DNA of 29,350 nt, taken from IMG/VR virus record IMGVR_UViG_3300042558_003488, positions 1 to 29,350 of that record; one strand, written 5' to 3'. A model generated the notes under the pieces. The model worked only from the letters and a program-made list of their open reading frames with translations. It had not been told where the DNA came from and searched no databases. The DNA comes from a virus (taxonomy: Duplodnaviria > Caudoviricetes). Both the position numbers and the translations under genes were made by a program. Below, piece by piece: positions 26,515-29,350 of this stretch. Position 1 is the first letter of the stretch. Each line of letters starts with the position of its first letter.

Positions 26515-26874
26515 CTATATAGTTATAGGCTCACCGTTAAACTCAACGATGAGCCTGAAATGAATCTTTCTAATATCTTCTGTTGGTAAATCGCCGACAT
26601 ACTGGCGTACATTCCGCGTATCGTTGTCGCGGTGGTTCGGTTGGCGGGTTTTGGGTGGAGTATTGCCCATCAATTCCCGCTCCAGTGCAGTGGGAGCGCG
26701 TTCGGTGATGCTTTTCGGCTTCACCTTGTCGCTATTGCCCCATACCAATTTACCGCGTTCGATAAAAAGCACTTTCCCTGTCCTGTCCTTCCGGTTACGG
26801 TCGAATGTCACGCATTTGAGGGAGAAATACTCCCCGTCGTGCATTTTTTTCAGTACTTCGTTTAAGGTAATCAT
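26515..26874 (-). CDS. Conserved-type hypothetical phage protein
   Basis: 119 aa preceding portal-like gene; ends IRKIHFRLIVEFNG. Confidence 0.65.
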   Translation of the reverse strand: MITLNEVLKKMHDGEYFSLKCVTFDRNRKDRTGKVLFIERGKLVWGNSDKVKPKSITERAPTALERELMGNTPPKTRQPNHRDNDTRNVRQYVGDLPTEDIRKIHFRLIVEFNGEPITI

Positions 26875-26878
26875 GCCA

Positions 26879-26913
26879 CAAAATTGCCGCCGTCCTTTAT
26901 TCCTTAAAAGGAC
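26879..26913 (-). promoter_or_regulatory. Bipartite promoter motif copy 6
   Basis: GTCCTTT-N24-TTTG; ATG 4 nt downstream. Confidence 0.7.
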
Positions 26914-26916
26914 GCA

Positions 26917-27846
26917 TTACGGCATGTTATCCGATTGTATAGATAACCAGGTCAGTGCGTTAGAATGGTGCTGATCGCTCACAGCGTCCAAGTGGGCCAC
27001 ACCACCCGCTAAGCCCATCAAAACACCAGCCCAACCATACTGAGCGTTGTCGTTTTCGTTCATTTTTGATCGACGCGCAAATACCGAAGGATAACGGTCA
27101 ATAATTGCTTGCCGGCAAGATGCAAACCAAAACAAAATAACCCGTTTCACGTCCGGGTTGATTCCTTGCATCAGTAAAGCCCTTTCTTCTGCTTTTGCTT
27201 CATATCCGCGCAGTTTCATGCGGCGGTCACCTTCGTAATTGGTATCGGTGTTCTCTTTTGTGCGTGGTTTACTGGGGCGGTAAAGGATGGCCACTAATTC
27301 ATTCACCGCCGCTTCGTGGCCAGTGGCCACGTAGTTTTCAAACAGGGTAAAGGCATAGCCCAATTCATAGATCGTAATGTTACTAAGCCCGTCATTAGGC
27401 CCATAAAACCAATGGACTTTTGAGCGATTGCCCTTTTGCTTTTGTTCCAACACGATTTCAGGATAAGGATTTTTCAACCGGTTAAATTTCACCGCATAAG
27501 TAGTGCGGCCTTCCTCATCTTCATCTATTTCAAACAATCCTTCAACCGCCAGATGCGCCACCTCCTTAAATTCCGATAAAAACACCGAATCCCCTTCCAC
27601 CTCATCTTCATTCACAATACAATCGGTACGCCATTGCTCTACCTCTGCGTTGTCGAGTCCGAGTATGTGTTTCGTGATGGAGGCTATTTTCATAACGCCT
27701 AGTTTGTGATCAAATCCCTCAGTAATTTTTGAAGGGAACATGGTTTTGTAGATTAACATTAGGTCACGTTTGCCTAAGTCGTCCCATGATTCGGGTAGTT
27801 GTACTACTCGTTCTGTGTCTTGGATTTTTATAGTGCAGTTCTTCAT
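26917..27846 (-). CDS. Hypothetical phage protein (possible tail assembly chaperone)
   Basis: Start MKNCTIK at 27846; LPESWDDL, LVAILYRP, YPSVF motifs. Confidence 0.6.
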   Translation of the reverse strand: MKNCTIKIQDTERVVQLPESWDDLGKRDLMLIYKTMFPSKITEGFDHKLGVMKIASITKHILGLDNAEVEQWRTDCIVNEDEVEGDSVFLSEFKEVAHLAVEGLFEIDEDEEGRTTYAVKFNRLKNPYPEIVLEQKQKGNRSKVHWFYGPNDGLSNITIYELGYAFTLFENYVATGHEAAVNELVAILYRPSKPRTKENTDTNYEGDRRMKLRGYEAKAEERALLMQGINPDVKRVILFWFASCRQAIIDRYPSVFARRSKMNENDNAQYGWAGVLMGLAGGVAHLDAVSDQHHSNALTWLSIQSDNMP

Positions 27847-27851
27847 ACACA

Positions 27852-27886
27852 CAAAAGAACGGACACACGCACACACGAAAAAAGAC
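27852..27886 (-). promoter_or_regulatory. Bipartite promoter motif copy 7 (GTCTTTT variant)
   Basis: Same spacing; ATG 5 nt downstream. Confidence 0.6.
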
Positions 27887-27892
27887 ATAAAT

Positions 27893-27925
27893 AAAAAGCC
27901 ACGCACCCTCATTAGGATACGTGGC
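27893..27925 (-). terminator. Intrinsic terminator
   Basis: - strand GCCACGTATCCT-AATG-AGGGTGCGTGGC-T5. Confidence 0.75.
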
Positions 27926-27980
27926 ATAATTTTACAATCCCTTGTACAAATTTCTGGGTAAATGTACTGGGTATTTTTTC

Positions 27981-28388
27981 TTATTTAAAGGACAGTCCTA
28001 ATTTTAAATCACAATTTTTCCTAGAAACCCTAGCCATTTTCAGATGCATTTCTAACTCTTCTACCATTTGTGATAGTTCAAATCCTGTATTCATGCCCTC
28101 TAAACGATCAAATGCGTATTCACAATCAATGCCAACCAATCCAATATCTTTAATCAAATCAATTGCTTGAGCCAAAAACTTACGATAATCGCTATCGGCA
28201 CTAACCGATTTCTCAAACATCCTTTCAAGTATTTGATCCATTTTATCGTAGTATTTAGCATATTTGAATACGATATGGCTGTGGTACATAGATCCCTGTA
28301 GTGGCACTAATTGAGATGCAATAACTACACCAAAGCCCGAAGTGTCTTTAAATTTATACATAAAACTATTAAGTTTTTTCTTGCTCAA
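27981..28388 (-). CDS. Hypothetical protein (start uncertain)
   Basis: AT-rich 135-aa ORF. Confidence 0.5.
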   Translation of the reverse strand: MSKKKLNSFMYKFKDTSGFGVVIASQLVPLQGSMYHSHIVFKYAKYYDKMDQILERMFEKSVSADSDYRKFLAQAIDLIKDIGLVGIDCEYAFDRLEGMNTGFELSQMVEELEMHLKMARVSRKNCDLKLGLSFK

Positions 28389-28740
28389 ACTTTAAATAAG
28401 TCGTAACCCCACTATCAGGGTCTTTTTTTAGCCGCTCTAAGGCTTTAATCAAAAAAACACATTCTAATGCGCTTTTGCACCGGCTTATGTCTTTGTACAA
28501 AATAGTGATAGACTCTGTGGTCAACTTTAAAGATCTAATTTCCAATAGTATCATTTTTATACGTATGGCTAATAGCCTACTAGGAGCGATATTAGTATCG
28601 CTTACCAGCGTTCTCCATGTTTTATCCAAACATTTTGAAACAAATACATATTCTTTTCTTGCCCAAAAACTCTTTTTAATCCCATACATAATGGTATAGA
28701 TTTCTGGCATTAATTCATCTATCGTTTGTTCTTTTTCCAT
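28369..28740 (-). CDS. Hypothetical protein
   Basis: AT-rich 123-aa ORF. Confidence 0.5.
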   Translation of the reverse strand: MEKEQTIDELMPEIYTIMYGIKKSFWARKEYVFVSKCLDKTWRTLVSDTNIAPSRLLAIRIKMILLEIRSLKLTTESITILYKDISRCKSALECVFLIKALERLKKDPDSGVTTYLKFEQEKT

Positions 28741-28771
28741 AAGTTTTGCTTTAAAAGATAAAATAAAAACC

Positions 28772-29245
28772 CTAAGCCGCCATTTTTTTAGGCATAATCT
28801 TCAACGCATCTTGCGTCGCCATATATAGCGCGATCCGTTCATCCGAGGTTAAATCCCCGTTCTCAATCAATGCGCTTCTAAACTCATCAAAGGTACGGTA
28901 CATCTCCGTTGCTTTTATCAATAAATCATTGTCTTCATTGTTGGCGGCGTACTGCTCCAGATCTTCCATTTTGCGCAATTCCTTTTCAAGGTTTTGCAGC
29001 ATTTGTTTATCTACTGCTTTTTGCCTGTTTATTTTACGATCGTCCAGTACCAGACAATCAATAAAATAAATGCACCAACTAATTGAATCCCTTTCTTCAT
29101 TTTGTAGTTCGCCGCTATTACTGTGTACAGCGTGCCGAATCACATTCAATAGTGATGAAATGGTAGTTGATCTTTCATCACTATTTAAGATGAATGTTGC
29201 GGAGTCGAAGTCCGATAATGGGGTGGTTTGTGTTTGAGTAGCCAT
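28772..29245 (-). CDS. Hypothetical helical protein
   Basis: 157 aa; preceded by a leader complementary to its first codons. Confidence 0.6.
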   Translation of the reverse strand: MATQTQTTPLSDFDSATFILNSDERSTTISSLLNVIRHAVHSNSGELQNEERDSISWCIYFIDCLVLDDRKINRQKAVDKQMLQNLEKELRKMEDLEQYAANNEDNDLLIKATEMYRTFDEFRSALIENGDLTSDERIALYMATQDALKIMPKKMAA

Positions 29246-29338
29246 ACTCGTTAAAAAGTTTAAAAAGTTAGAAAATAATAAAAACCCGCAGGGGGGCTAC
29301 TCAAACACAATCGACCAGATCGGAAAGAACCCTGCGGG
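29228..29338 (-). promoter_or_regulatory. Structured leader with 16-nt anti-start sequence
   Basis: 29295-29310 is the exact reverse complement of 29228-29243; enclosed by CCCGCAGGG/CCCTGCGGG stem (29285-29293/29330-29338). Confidence 0.65.
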
Positions 29339-29350
29339 GAGTACATCCGT

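Noticed and set aside
1-29350. Diversity-generating retroelement, retron or known defence system
   Set aside because: No reverse transcriptase, TR/VR pair or recognisable defence gene seen in this window

Overview
The whole window is part of a temperate tailed-phage genome, most likely of a Bacteroidota host (TAnnTTTG promoter boxes, A-rich starts with no Shine-Dalgarno). Almost all genes are on the - strand. Left: tail-tube-like gene, major capsid, ClpP-type prohead protease, membrane protein, amidase. Middle: a non-coding RNA region with a tRNA-like element, an array of five single-gene cassettes each preceded by the same 30-bp hairpin repeat, an HNH gene, an iteron-like origin next to a primase-helicase, a membrane-protein operon, a cro/cI switch, an intact attP (core resembling the tmRNA 3' end) and a tyrosine integrase. 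Right: early small genes, tape measure, neck/adaptor-like genes, portal-like gene and hypotheticals. The most unusual signals are the repeat-delimited cassette array (7082-8978), a seven-copy phage-specific promoter GTCYTTT-N24-TTTG that often predicts leaderless mRNAs, the tRNA-like RNA with an enlarged anticodon arm, and several antisense/leader RNA elements that target start codons. All protein calls come from motif recognition by eye; no searches were run.
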